33,785 nucleotides of DNA from Octopus bimaculoides (taxonomy: Eukaryota), in NCBI RefSeq assembly GCF_001194135.2, contig NC_068982.1, positions 150,564,629 to 150,598,413 of the forward strand. Reading direction: 5' to 3'. Below, piece by piece: positions 23,325 to 33,785 of the stretch (its first letter is position 1; each line of letters starts with the position of its first letter). Under the pieces are notes generated by a model. The model searched no databases. It saw only the letters and a program-made list of their open reading frames with translations, and had not been told where the DNA came from. The position numbers and the translations under genes are program-made.

Positions 23325-23534
23325 TTGTAAAAAATGGTTTCGTTCATCTTTGAGCTGAGATTTTTCCTGGTTAATACATCTGAGGAACAAATCTTTGTAT
23401 AAACACTCGTATGACTGTGAAAATGTGATTATGGTCAGATATGGAGAGAGGGTATCAGATATTAAGGAGGCATCACTTGATGTATGAAGGTAGAGTCGGA
23501 ATGAGGGGTTGCATTCTACTTCAAGGTCACCAGT
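23325..23534 (-). CDS. Dynein heavy chain exon 6 (AAA5/buttress)
   Basis: tttttcag| and |gtaacc; 210 nt, phase 0 to 0; TGDLEVECNPSFRLYLHT...TIITFSQSYECLYKDLFLRCINQEKSQLKDERNHFLQ matches GD.EV....FRLY.TT...E...LE.ER. Confidence 0.92.
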
Positions 23535-23567
23535 CTGAAAAACAAAATCCTTTATGTTTTATATCAT

Positions 23568-23669
23568 TAGATATTCCAATTTAGTTAATTAGATATTCCA
23601 ATTAGATATTAGATATTCCAATTTAGTTAATTAGATATTCCAATTTAGATATTCCAATTTAGTTAATTA
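23568..23669. repeat. Minisatellite built from agatattccaatt(tagttaatt) units
   Basis: Five near-perfect ttagatattccaatt copies read directly. Confidence 0.9.
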
Positions 23670-25052
23670 AAAAAAAATTTAATTCATAACAATAGAAATG
23701 TAATTCTATTCTTTATACCATAAACATCCTATGATATATCCTATGTTATACTCTGTAATGTATACAATACACACTTACATGTCATCATTATCTCAGACAT
23801 TAAATGATGATGGTGAAGTACACACACATACATATGTGAAAGACATCTAGTTATAGAAACCATGTCAAAGCAGATATTAAAAAATGAGGTAGTTCTTCGA
23901 ATCATTAGATCCTGTTAAACCATTTAACCCATACCAGCATGGAAACTAGACATTAAATGATAATATTCTGTATTATACTTTAAACTATAGTCTCTACTAC
24001 ATTCTGGATTATATACCATACTGTCCTATGAAATATTCTATATTTCATGCTATGTTAAATTACTTTATCTTTTTTTGTATTTTCTTATTAATCAGAAATT
24101 TTATAAGAGGGCAGCTTAGCCTAAAAGCTTTGACATTTTCATTGTTTAACTTTAAACATTGACTGTTTTATTGTTTAACTATGGATGTCTTAGTTTTCTG
24201 TCCACAACTGTTTAACTTTGTTTTTGTTTTATTCCCTATTAATTTATAGACAGTCAAATAAAATACATAAATACCCATCTACCCAACTGATATTTTTATT
24301 TACCCTCTCAGTATCCATTCTTATGTTCACCTACCATCTCTCTGTCCATTAACCCTCTATCCAACCAGCTCCTGTACTTCTGTGTGCTTATTCCTACCTA
24401 GAAATCCCTTTATTTATTTATTTTACGTTGATTTATCACATTGATACAAGGCTAAAAACTGATGGCAAAAAGGGGTAAAGTTTATTGAAAAAAAAAATCT
24501 CAGTATATGACTAGTATATTTTTTAGCAACATTGGAAATCAATGTGAAGTGGATTCTGGTTTGAAATGATACTCAACTAGATTAGCAACAATGGAGGAAG
24601 AATTATATAAATAATCTTTTGTTAAACCCATATAAAATAATTAACAGTTTCAACCCATTCAGTAGATCATAACTTCTAGATCAAAGGAGACAGGTTTCAA
24701 CCCAAACTACAATCACAGATCGACAACAACATGTACAAAAGTTAATCATGAGAGGTTCTGAGTTGTCAACTGTTGACTTGCAGTGGCAGTACCAACCAAT
24801 GAAGTACAGGGTTTGTTCTTAAAGGGTCTCTTCATACAGATTTCACAATCCAGATATCTGTAATACTTTATTTCATGGTTTTTACAACCATTTGTGTTAC
24901 ATTAGGATTGCATAAGGAATGGACTATTGCAGTAACCAAGTGGTGTTACAATTACTTAGCTGTGCTATAATGACTCAGCTGTGTTACTACAACCAGTCTT
25001 AACTATATCAACTTAAACTTTCCTATAATTAATAAAAATAGACAAGACTTAC

Positions 25053-25208
25053 CCATATCTTGAAGGTGTGTGTTGCTTGTATGAACCTTCTGTAAGCAAA
25101 GATGACTGAGAGAAGTAGTGGATTAGTATGTAGTTTCTGAGAATCACAATTAGTAACAAATAATATGAGACCTTCATTCAAACACATCTCTAGTTGAGAG
25201 TCCAAAGC
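25053..25208 (-). CDS. Dynein heavy chain exon 5 (AAA5)
   Basis: gtttcag| and |gtaagt; 156 nt, phase 0 to 0; ALDSQLEMCLNEGLILFVTNCD...THTFKIW, resembles LE..L..G.PLLIE.V. Confidence 0.88.
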
Positions 25209-25930
25209 CTGAAACAAGGAAAAGATGGAGAAAGTAATACTAATAATGATGATGATGAAGATGAATTTTTAACACAAGCACAAGACAATGCATTTCAACA
25301 CTTAACTGGTGTTTATTTTATTGACATGGGAGAATCTGATCCTGGTGGACTTCAACTTAAATAAATAGTAATAATGACAGAAACAATAATAATCCAGAAG
25401 AACAGAAGAGAAACTGCAAAGGATGATGTGATAGCAGTAAAAAGGGTCCTAGCATGGTATGAATTACCTACCACTAGGCTTTTTGACATTGTTCATTTAT
25501 GGATTCTAGTAACATCAGATGTGAAAAATGCAGTACCAGTAATAAGCAGGTACATTAAACATGTTACGAGTAAAAGGAAAACTATTCTGCAGATCCAAAC
25601 AGAAGAAGAAGGAATTATGTAAATGAAATCCATCTCAATTAGAAGAGAAATATTCTAAGGCTCTCTCTCTAGTTCTTTCTGCATGACATTAACACTGTAT
25701 TAATACTTTTAACCAGCTTCCTAAACCAGACTAAACTTAGATACAAAAGCAATTTGTACTTGTTTTATCAACCCAGAAGTTTGAAAGCTAAGATGACATT
25801 AGGGGGATTTAAATTCAGAACATAGAGTGAATTCAAATCTCTGCAAGGCATTTTGTGTGATGTTCTTGTTGATTCAACCAATCCACTGCCCACATATCAG
25901 AAAACAGAAATGACAAATGATTTGACTTAC

Positions 25931-26116
25931 ATTAAAAGGCACAGTAACAAAGTCGCTTTTCAAAAAGATCTGCTGACATTCTAAAGCCCAACAGTTAGGG
26001 TCACACAATATTGGCCATGTTGTCCACATTTTATCATCCACAAAGAAACAGCAATTTTCCAGGAAAACCTTACTTGTAGGTAGGGAAGAAGATAATTCAA
26101 GCTCAACTCTTAGAAG
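25931..26116 (-). CDS. Dynein heavy chain exon 4 (AAA5 start)
   Basis: cttttag| and |gtaagt; 186 nt, phase 0 to 0; LLRVELELSSSLPTSKVFLENCC...WPILCDP...FVTVPFN; WPILCDP corresponds to the dynein YPLLIDP motif. Confidence 0.9.
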
Positions 26117-27086
26117 CTAAAAGAAAAAAAAAGTTTTATGCAATTAAATAACAATCCTTAATCATCAAATTATTAACTTATAATCTTTGTGTCATTAAGT
26201 AGAACCCTCATACTACTAAGTAATAACCTTTTGTTATAAAGCAATAATCTTTGTCATTGAATCCCTAGGACCACGTGGGACATTAAACTGAGTGGGTCAT
26301 CAATGGAAAGATCCTAGCACACAACAAACAGGTCCTTCTACATTAATTTATAAAGTCACTTATCTTGTGTTTTCCTAATGTATGTGTCTCATTTCTCTTT
26401 ATTCTCATCCCAGTACTTTTCAATAATTTTCTATACTCCTGTTTTGCTGACTTTCACTCAGGCTACAGTAAAACAGAACTTACTCTTAGACTGGGATGGC
26501 AACGTCATTTATGTCTCACTACAGAAGCAAACACACAAGGTTTATCTCATTATAGTGGTTAGTAAAAGGAAAGTCATCTAGCTGTAACAGTGTCAGAAAT
26601 AAATATTCCGGAAAACTTTTAATTAAAGAAAGCATATATGTCAATCTTTTTGTCCTTTGACATTAGGTAGTCAGTGTAATAGGTTGCAATAGTACTAACA
26701 CCTGTATCTATTGTAATGTAGAAGGCTCCATTAAATGGTCACTTCATCTGATAATAGGAGAGGACATAGAAGAATTTGCTAAGTCTAATTATTATGAGGA
26801 GTGAAGAAATCTAATGGTGCTAGCCCTTGGTCTTCATCTCATGTGAAGTGCAAGAGCAGTAGATTCTTCACTTCTCATGAAAACTGAACCCATCAAAATT
26901 TTCTATAAAGTGACTTTAGGATTGATTGCTGATGACATGGACTTTCACTATTTCTCTCTGATTTCAGAATTTACTATATTTGGTAATACCTGTAACTGTT
27001 GTAGTGTAGAAAGCTCCCACAAGAGTGTTAAAAATAATAAAAATTGATAATAGTGAAGGAACAGTTCTTAGATAATTGCTACTTAC

Positions 27087-27196
27087 AGGAGGGAACAAAA
27101 ATTCATGTGGACTCAAATCTTCAAAAACCTGATGGCAGTTTTGAGAAAAACCATGCTCAGAGCATATTTTTTTTAACTGATTGCATATCTTTTCTC
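27087..27196 (-). CDS. Dynein heavy chain exon 3
   Basis: catttcag| and |gtaagt; 110 nt; only one open frame, KKICNQLKKICSEHGFSQNCHQVFEDLSPHEFLFPP. Start phase conflicts by 1 nt with exon 2 (see findings). Confidence 0.72.
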
Positions 27197-27728
27197 TGAA
27201 ATGACAGATTAACAGATGAAGATAAACTTCAGTGGTAAAATTGAAAACCTTCTGGGAATATAATAAATACCATAAATCTTATATTGCAGAATATGCATGA
27301 TACTCTAATATATATCTTCTTTCTACTAAATTCACAAAATTACATTGAATAGAAAAGAACTAACATTTACAGCATTCTGAATTCACACGTGTAAAACCCT
27401 AACATCAATGTATCCTCAAAATTCATAAAATATTAATGACAAATTTTGACAGTGTAAAACTAAAAACCTTATTTTGACTGAAATGTTTCTATCGTAGAAA
27501 ATATATGTATATACACACATACATGGTTGGTTAACAGGTTTGGAATGGGTTGAGTAGTCATACTATTATAAGAGAAATAGAGATACAGTAAATGAGGTGG
27601 TCAGATAGAACAATTAAACTTAGGCAACTGTTCTGTCACATGCTCTATAAAGGTATTCAATGTATAAACTGACTGAAGGTATTTAAAATTTGAACAACAA
27701 CATATATATAGATGAGAAGACCACTAAC

Positions 27729-27854
27729 CTGGTTTGAATGTTAAATGGGGAACAGTAAGAAAGAAAGGAGGATGCCATTATACAATTGTAGATTAAGGTA
27801 TCACTGGACTCTTTCTCTACAACTGAACACCATTCCGATTCCTTTGACTTCAGA
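27729..27854 (-). CDS. Dynein heavy chain exon 2 (end of stalk)
   Basis: tttcag| and |gttagt; 126 nt, phase 2 to 2; LKSKESEW...IMASSFLSYCSPFNIQT matches the dynein motif E..RW...A.FLSY.GPF. Confidence 0.9.
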
Positions 27855-28229
27855 CTGAAACCAAGTGAAAGGCAGTCATTGATAATGTAATATAACGTTA
27901 CATACAAGATGAAAACCCAAACGATCAATAATTGCTCTCCTCTTCTCCCTCCCTTGTCACCGTCATCATCATCATTTAACACTTGTTTCCATGTTGGCAT
28001 GGGTTGGATGACTGTAGTTAATAAGATTAGGTAATAATGTAAACTGAAGAGTAGAGATAATAACAGTTGTTAACAAGGAAAGATAATGATGTGAAAATGA
28101 GTGGGTGAAGATCATAAATATTATTAATAAGATGAGGTAGATGAAATGAAATGAAGGGATAAGGTACTTGCTATTAACAAGATGAGGTAGATTATGGGAA
28201 ATGAAGGATGAAGATAATTTTTCAGAAAC

Positions 28230-29750
28230 TGCAGATAGCCTTTTAAGGAAAGTATTTATAAAAGTATGTCCTATGCTACAGAAATATCTATTAAAATGTT
28301 CTGTAATTTTGCCTTGTATCTCCAATCATTCTATCATGATAAATAAAATAATCAATGGATAAATTTAGTTTTATTTCAGTTCTCAATTAAGAGCTTTTTG
28401 ATAGTTGGTGATGCTTTTAAATATTTTTATATTGATAAAATAGGGCTTGAGTAATAGTGAAGTTCAGCATTTTATGTAAATTTTTTTATATGTTGAACGT
28501 AAGACAGAATATTTGTTTTTTAAAAAATTTTCTCTTCAACTAACTGAATCCTTAATCATTAACAGTTCTATATGGTCACCTTTTTGTCATAGAAATCAAA
28601 ATTCCATTTGTCATTCATGGTTCTTTTCTATGTTTATATTTATTGAACTTAACAGTGTTTCAGAATGTTAGATGATTTATTTTATGTGTAATAATTGAAA
28701 GAGGACATGCAGTATTTACATTAAAATCATCACTATTCAAAAGTTGTAACAGGATTTGTTTCTGCTAGTTCACTTTGTAATTGATTATGATCTAATTTTA
28801 TCTGAATAGTTTCATATCGATTCATTTTAATGTTGATGCGATCAGGCTTTATCAATTCATCAAAAAATGCAAAATAAGGCAAGTAATCAGATAAACAATT
28901 GAACAAAATTTCCGAAATAGAGAAAATGGTGGTAGGAGAAATTGCAAAATAATTAGGCAGGCAGTTTTATCAGAATTGAGTTGGCAAAGTTATATTGGGA
29001 CATAAATTATTACCCATTTGTGTCACAAAAGCATTCACCCACAAATTCACTGCTATTAATTTGAAGTGCATTGAAATCATCCATGAATATGAGTTCATTA
29101 ACTTTTTGCTTTATGTTTTGAATCAAAGTCATTGAATCAAAATCATTATGAAACATTTCCTGTATACTATGAGGTGGATGACAGAAATTACCTAGAATTA
29201 TTGATTTTTTTCAGATTATCATCAGTGATTTCAGAGACTTGACATTTCCAAGATTCAGTGTGAGAAGATTCAAATTTTAGCCCTTCAACATTAAACCAGT
29301 TCTTAATGTAGGAGAGGAGGCCATCCCTTTTTATAATAATTTGACTCTACAGGGAAACAATTAGACCCAAACCTCCTCCAGTATGCTGTAACTATCAAGG
29401 ACCACTGACTATAATACATCTGCAAAGTATAATTATCATCAAAATGGTCAAGGCAGATTATGGAATATTTAAAATCTAGCTTATATAAATCATATATAAA
29501 AGAAATGAGCTCATGTAGAGAAATATAGATGCTTTGTATGTTGTTACTAATATTAGAGAAAGAATTAGCTTCCAACTTAATCCATTTTTGCAAATCATAG
29601 GGGCTGAATTAATTAGATTAACCATCTGAGGAGGAGGAGGAGACTTCCAGTAAATGAAATTTTTGCTAAGTCCAGTCCCAAACATATTTCAAAATTTTGT
29701 TATAGTGTGTAGGCATCATCAAAGGTTTGCGCGAAAATCATGTCTAATGA
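28230..29750 (-). mobile_element. Decayed CR1/L2-type LINE ORF2 5-prime part (APE endonuclease plus linker)
   Basis: Across frameshifts: NNIQSIYISLHELISF...FKYSIICL, LLYIKN, GNFCHPPHS, ELIFMDDFNA (GDFN motif), KITEHFNRYFCSIG. Confidence 0.7.
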
Positions 29751-29794
29751 CAATAATCATTACCTAGAGAAATGAAAAAAAAAATTTGTTTTGC

Positions 29795-29964
29795 AGAGTG
29801 GCAGTAAGTACAGGATGAGTGGTTAAGAAACTTGCTTCCCAGTCATGTGGTTTTAGGTTCAATCCCACTGCATAGCTCCCTGGAGTAAGTATTTTTACTA
29901 TGGACCCAGGCTGATTATAAAACCTTGTGAGTGGATTTGATAGATGGGAACTGAAAAACATCCA

Positions 29965-29998
<34 letters not shown>

Positions 29999-30239
29999 AT
30001 GTGCTTGTTTGTGTGTGCCCTTGTCTTGACATCATATGATGTTTGTAAATGAGCATCATTATCATCATATAAGCAATGTTGTTCATTTCCAGATTTCCAT
30101 GAAAAACAAGTTTGGTCATGAGAAATATTAACTTGTTTGGAAAAAGATAAAGGTTGGCATCCCACTATAGAGAATTTGCATCAATGAATTCTGTCTGACT
30201 CATGAAAGCATGGAAAACTGGACATTAAATGATGATGAT
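29795..30239 (+). mobile_element. SINE: family B head, (TG)n, family A-type tail
   Basis: B box ggttcaatccc; aaccttgtgagtggattt core; internal (TG)n; catggaaaactggacattaaatgatgatgat tail. Confidence 0.75.
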
Positions 30240-31277
30240 ATCAAAAGCATAACAAATGTATATTTGTAAAACCTGATGTTCTTAAAATATATGCTGTGTG
30301 AAATATATACATGAAACAATTTTTCAGTATGGTAAAGATAATTGTTGTTAACAAAATGAGGTAAATGATGTAAAATGAAGAGTGAAGATAATTGCTTTAA
30401 GAAGATGCAGTAGATGATGTGAAATCATCATCATCATCATTGTATTATTTTCAGATGAACAAGGAATGGAAATGTTAAGTGCAAAACTAAATGCCTTGTG
30501 GTAGATAGTCACACTAAATTTTCAGTTCAAATTATGTTTTGCATTTTATATTCCTTGGGTGATGATTAAAAATTACCATTCATACACTGAGGATGATTCA
30601 GTTAAGTACATCGCCCCCTTCAAAATGTGTGGTCTTTAGTTAATGTTAGAAATCAATATTTATAGGTGATGTGTACTATAGTGTGGAGATTGTTCTCAGT
30701 AAAGCAAATCTTAAAACCGTTTTTGATTCCCAGAGAGAGTAATACCATTGTATTTGTACTTCATGTATTCATGTGAAAACCATATTTTTCCTCTAGTAAA
30801 CACTTCTTTTCATGACAATGTAAAGAGCTTTTTTTTTTAACAGATCAAATATATTGATAATTCTAAAATAAGCGCAAGGCCACAATGTTTTGAGGATTGG
30901 TGCAGTTGATTTAACATGCACTCACAAATATAACATACTCACCTTGCAGCCACTCTAATTTCTCTCACCATCATTTGCTACAATCACATCCTCCCTATCT
31001 TTAAACATCTCCCATCACACTTTTATGGAATATGCCCCTTCTATCACTTCTTTATTATATATACTGTCCCTAATGTTCCCTGTGGATAAGTCCCAATACA
31101 TCTTGAACACCATCTATTTTTCTCTCTCTTACTCTGACTGTTTTCTATTTTTCTCACTAACTCTCGCCTTCTTCTCTTTCCTTGTCCTACTGGGGTAGCC
31201 AAATATCTCCTCTATAGTAAGACAATTATATCTGTCCCTCAATTATACCACTTTCCTTGGTTCCACCCCCCCTCACA

Positions 31278-31467
31278 GCTGGTACCATGTAAAAAGCATC
31301 CAGTACACTCTGTAAAGTGATTGGCATTAGGAAGGGCATCCACCAGCCATAGAAGCCATGCCAGAACAGACAAATGGATCCTGGTGCAGCTCTCTATTTG
31401 CCAGCTTTATCAAGCTGTCCAATCCATGGCAGCATGGAAAACAAATGTTAAATGATGATGACGATGA
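31278..31467 (+). mobile_element. Family A copy
   Basis: attggcattaggaagggcatcca...tccaatccatggcagcatggaaaacaaatgttaaatgatgatg. Confidence 0.8.
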
Positions 31468-31706
31468 ATTAACCTCAGTAATTAGGTTCTTCAAGGAAGG
31501 ATTGAAAATCAAATTGGATAAGGAATTTGGACTAACATGGATAGGAAATGTAACTAAATCCTAGAATGTATTTAGTTTGGCACTTTACCATTTAAGTTAT
31601 TCCACTATCCTTTACAAATCACATTCATAATCATACTTTAAACTTTTACTTGGACCATAATTGTAAACACACACACTCATATGTCAGTACGGAAAACGGA
31701 TGATGA

Positions 31707-31739
<33 letters not shown>

Positions 31740-31974
31740 ACAATCTGTGTATTATGTGTTCTCCCAATTCTTATTACTATTGTAGAAGGTGGTTAACTAG
31801 CCAAAATGACTTTCAAGTAAATTAGCAGATGCTGATAATTAAGCAGCATATAATTTAATCCATTATGGTCTTCCTTTAAAGATTCATTACCTTGCACCGA
31901 TATATGAATTCATTATGGCTACATATAGAAGGTATTTGAGTGTTCATTGTATCTTCTGTATAAAGTCATAAACC

Positions 31975-32165
31975 CGCTATATTCTTTTATTCTTTTCAGT
32001 CATTTGACTGTGGCCATGCTGCAGTACCACCTTTAGTCGAACAAATCGACCCCAGGACTCAGTCTTTGTAAGCCTAGTACTTATTCTATCGATCTCTTTT
32101 GCCGAACTGCTAAGTTATGGGGACGTAAACACACCAACATTGGTTGTCAAGCGATAGTTGGGGTA
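31975..32165 (-). mobile_element. Family C SINE tail
   Basis: ttcagtcatttgactgtggccatgct...tttagtcgaacaaatcgaccccaggact...ttgtcaagcgat; matches 19575-19766. Confidence 0.85.
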
Positions 32166-32212
32166 CAAACACAGATACACAAACACACGCACATACATAC
32201 ACACATGCATAC

Positions 32213-32252
<40 letters not shown>

Positions 32253-32735
32253 TAGTGTACATTTAAACACAAAGAGGCAAGCCCTTAAACAGGTTGCCTG
32301 ACATACTAGAAAGAACAGCCAAAAAGTCCAAACCACAGTTAAGAGCAATTTTGAAGGGAATGAAAAATAAAAACATTTATCATGTTTTACAGCTGGACCT
32401 CAGGTTTTGAACTTTAATTTGCAAATAAAATAATTTGCAAGGTGAAGTTCTCACCAGCAGATACGCCAAAACATTAACATATAAATTAGAGACCAAATAA
32501 CATGTGTCTCATCCTTATATATTATAATTTTTCAAATCCTCTGCGCAAGTGCAGATTCAATCGGCAGCAAATAAAAATTCTGATTAAACCTCAGAAGTTG
32601 CTAAAATCATTTCTTAAAATTAATATAGGGTAAGAAAAATTATAGAAATTTTTTTTTTCTACCAGTGGCCTAGTATGTATACAAAGTTAATAGACATATT
32701 CTTCATATAAAAATTAGTGTACATTTAAACACATT

Positions 32736-32771
<36 letters not shown>

Positions 32772-32774
<3 letters not shown>

Positions 32775-32937
32775 GACAGGCTTCTTTCAGTTTTCATTTA
32801 CCAAATCCACTCACAAGGCTTTGGTTGGCCTGAAGCTATAATAGAAGACAGTTGCCCAAGGTGACATACAGTAGGACTGAACCCGGAACCATGTGGTTGG
32901 TAAGCAAGCTACTTACCACACAGCCACTCCTGCGCCT
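32772..32937 (-). mobile_element. Family B head, well preserved
   Basis: Minus strand aggcgcaggagtggctgtgtggtaag...ggttccgggttcagtcc (A and B boxes). Confidence 0.85.
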
Positions 32938-33457
32938 GGATAATTGTAAAACAACTGATCCATATGTAGAGTGTGAAAGAAACATATTCATACATACACA
33001 TGCATGAATACCCAAGTCAAATAATGTGTTGGGGTGCATATATGCACATAAACACACATTATTTGACTTGGGTATGAGTTATCTTAATGCAATTCTGTAG
33101 TATATGGTTGCTCAACATGTTATCCTGTATAACATCAGTTTCTAGTCCATGAATACTTTTAATAGAGTTCATTCTCTTTCAAGCATTTGGATAAAGCTCC
33201 TATCAGTGGGGTTATCATAGGGCAACTACCTACACTTCCAGAGATGCCAAAAACTAAAGCTAAACCAAAAGGACAATTTTCCCTCCTCTTCTGTAACATC
33301 TATATTATGTTACTACAAACCTTTATATAATATCACTATAACTGTGTACTATTACCATAACCATCAATATAGTAACACTATAACTTCTATATAGACCAAG
33401 TACCACCTCACTGAGATCCATGGAAGAAAGTTACAGAAAAAGAACAACAAAAACTAC

Positions 33458-33651
33458 CTCTCAAGTAGAAGCCTTGTGGCTTTTATTTCATCGTTCTTGT
33501 TTTGTAGTTCTTTTTCAAGACTATGTTTTAATTCAACAGCTTCTCTATATGGCCTCTGTAGACTCTCAATTTCTTTCTCAAGAACCAGGATGGCTTCTTT
33601 ATTGAAGTCTACCTCCATGTCATTATCCAAGCCAGATGTTACTTCAATCTC
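33458..33651 (-). CDS. Divergent axonemal dynein heavy chain, exon 1 in window (stalk CC2)
   Basis: tttcag| acceptor, |gtagtt donor; 194 nt, phase 0 to 2; EIEVTSGLDNDMEVDFNKEAILVLEKEIESLQRPYREAVELKHSLEKELQNKNDEIKATRLLLE; heptad-like, joins in frame to LKSKESEW of next exon. Confidence 0.82.
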
Positions 33652-33719
33652 CTGAAAGCATAGATTATTATCTAATTATTTTGATATATATGTATGTATG
33701 TGTGTGTGTGTGTGCGTGC

Positions 33720-33728
<9 letters not shown>

Positions 33729-33785
<57 letters not shown>
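33729..33785. repeat. (TG)n microsatellite; similar AC/TG tracts near 5839-5870, 6596-6634, 10312-10335, 29967-29996
   Basis: Direct reading. Confidence 0.97.

Noticed and set aside
23414-23420. In-frame acceptor-like ttttcacag inside exon 6
   Set aside because: Using it would delete the conserved GD.EV...FRLY segment
23568-23669. CRISPR-like array
   Set aside because: No unique spacers, eukaryotic intron, no cas genes
25374-25622. 82-aa plus ORF in an intron
   Set aside because: No recognisable motif, no splice or promoter support; expected by chance
26068-26073. gtaagg donor inside exon 4
   Set aside because: The frame reads through to the conserved WPILCDP motif and a stronger gtaagt at 25930
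31891-31955. 65-nt candidate exon with AG/GT ends
   Set aside because: Phase 1 to 0 does not fit the phase 2 to 2 junction 33458/27854; no dynein similarity
298-33651. Assigning the symbol DNAH5, DNAH8 or DNHD1
   Set aside because: Too divergent to assign orthology without a phylogeny

Overview
AT-rich, repeat-dense eukaryotic genomic DNA. The SINE repertoire and microsatellites look like Octopus (recognition from memory, not a search). The whole window lies inside one minus-strand, multi-exon gene for a strongly diverged axonemal dynein heavy chain; neither start nor stop codon is in the window. I reconstructed 20 coding exons by hand from GT-AG sites, phase matching and colinearity with DNAH5/DNAH8-type sequence as I recall it. 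They total 3349 nt (about 1116 aa) and cover stalk CC2, AAA5, buttress, AAA6 and the start of the C-terminal domain. About half are missing from the supplied ORF track. Eighteen of 19 junctions are in phase. One junction (27729/27196) carries one extra nucleotide. Introns hold several SINE families, two mariner relics (one a two-headed fold-back), an RTE LINE fragment with an in-frame PHD finger, decayed CR1/L2-type LINE pieces, micro/minisatellites and a 126-N gap. There are no prokaryotic features, CRISPR arrays or true RNA genes. I did not find a clearly new multi-component system. The best leads are the divergent dynein, its frame conflict, a frame-compensating mini-exon pair, the fold-back mariner and the PHD-bearing RTE.
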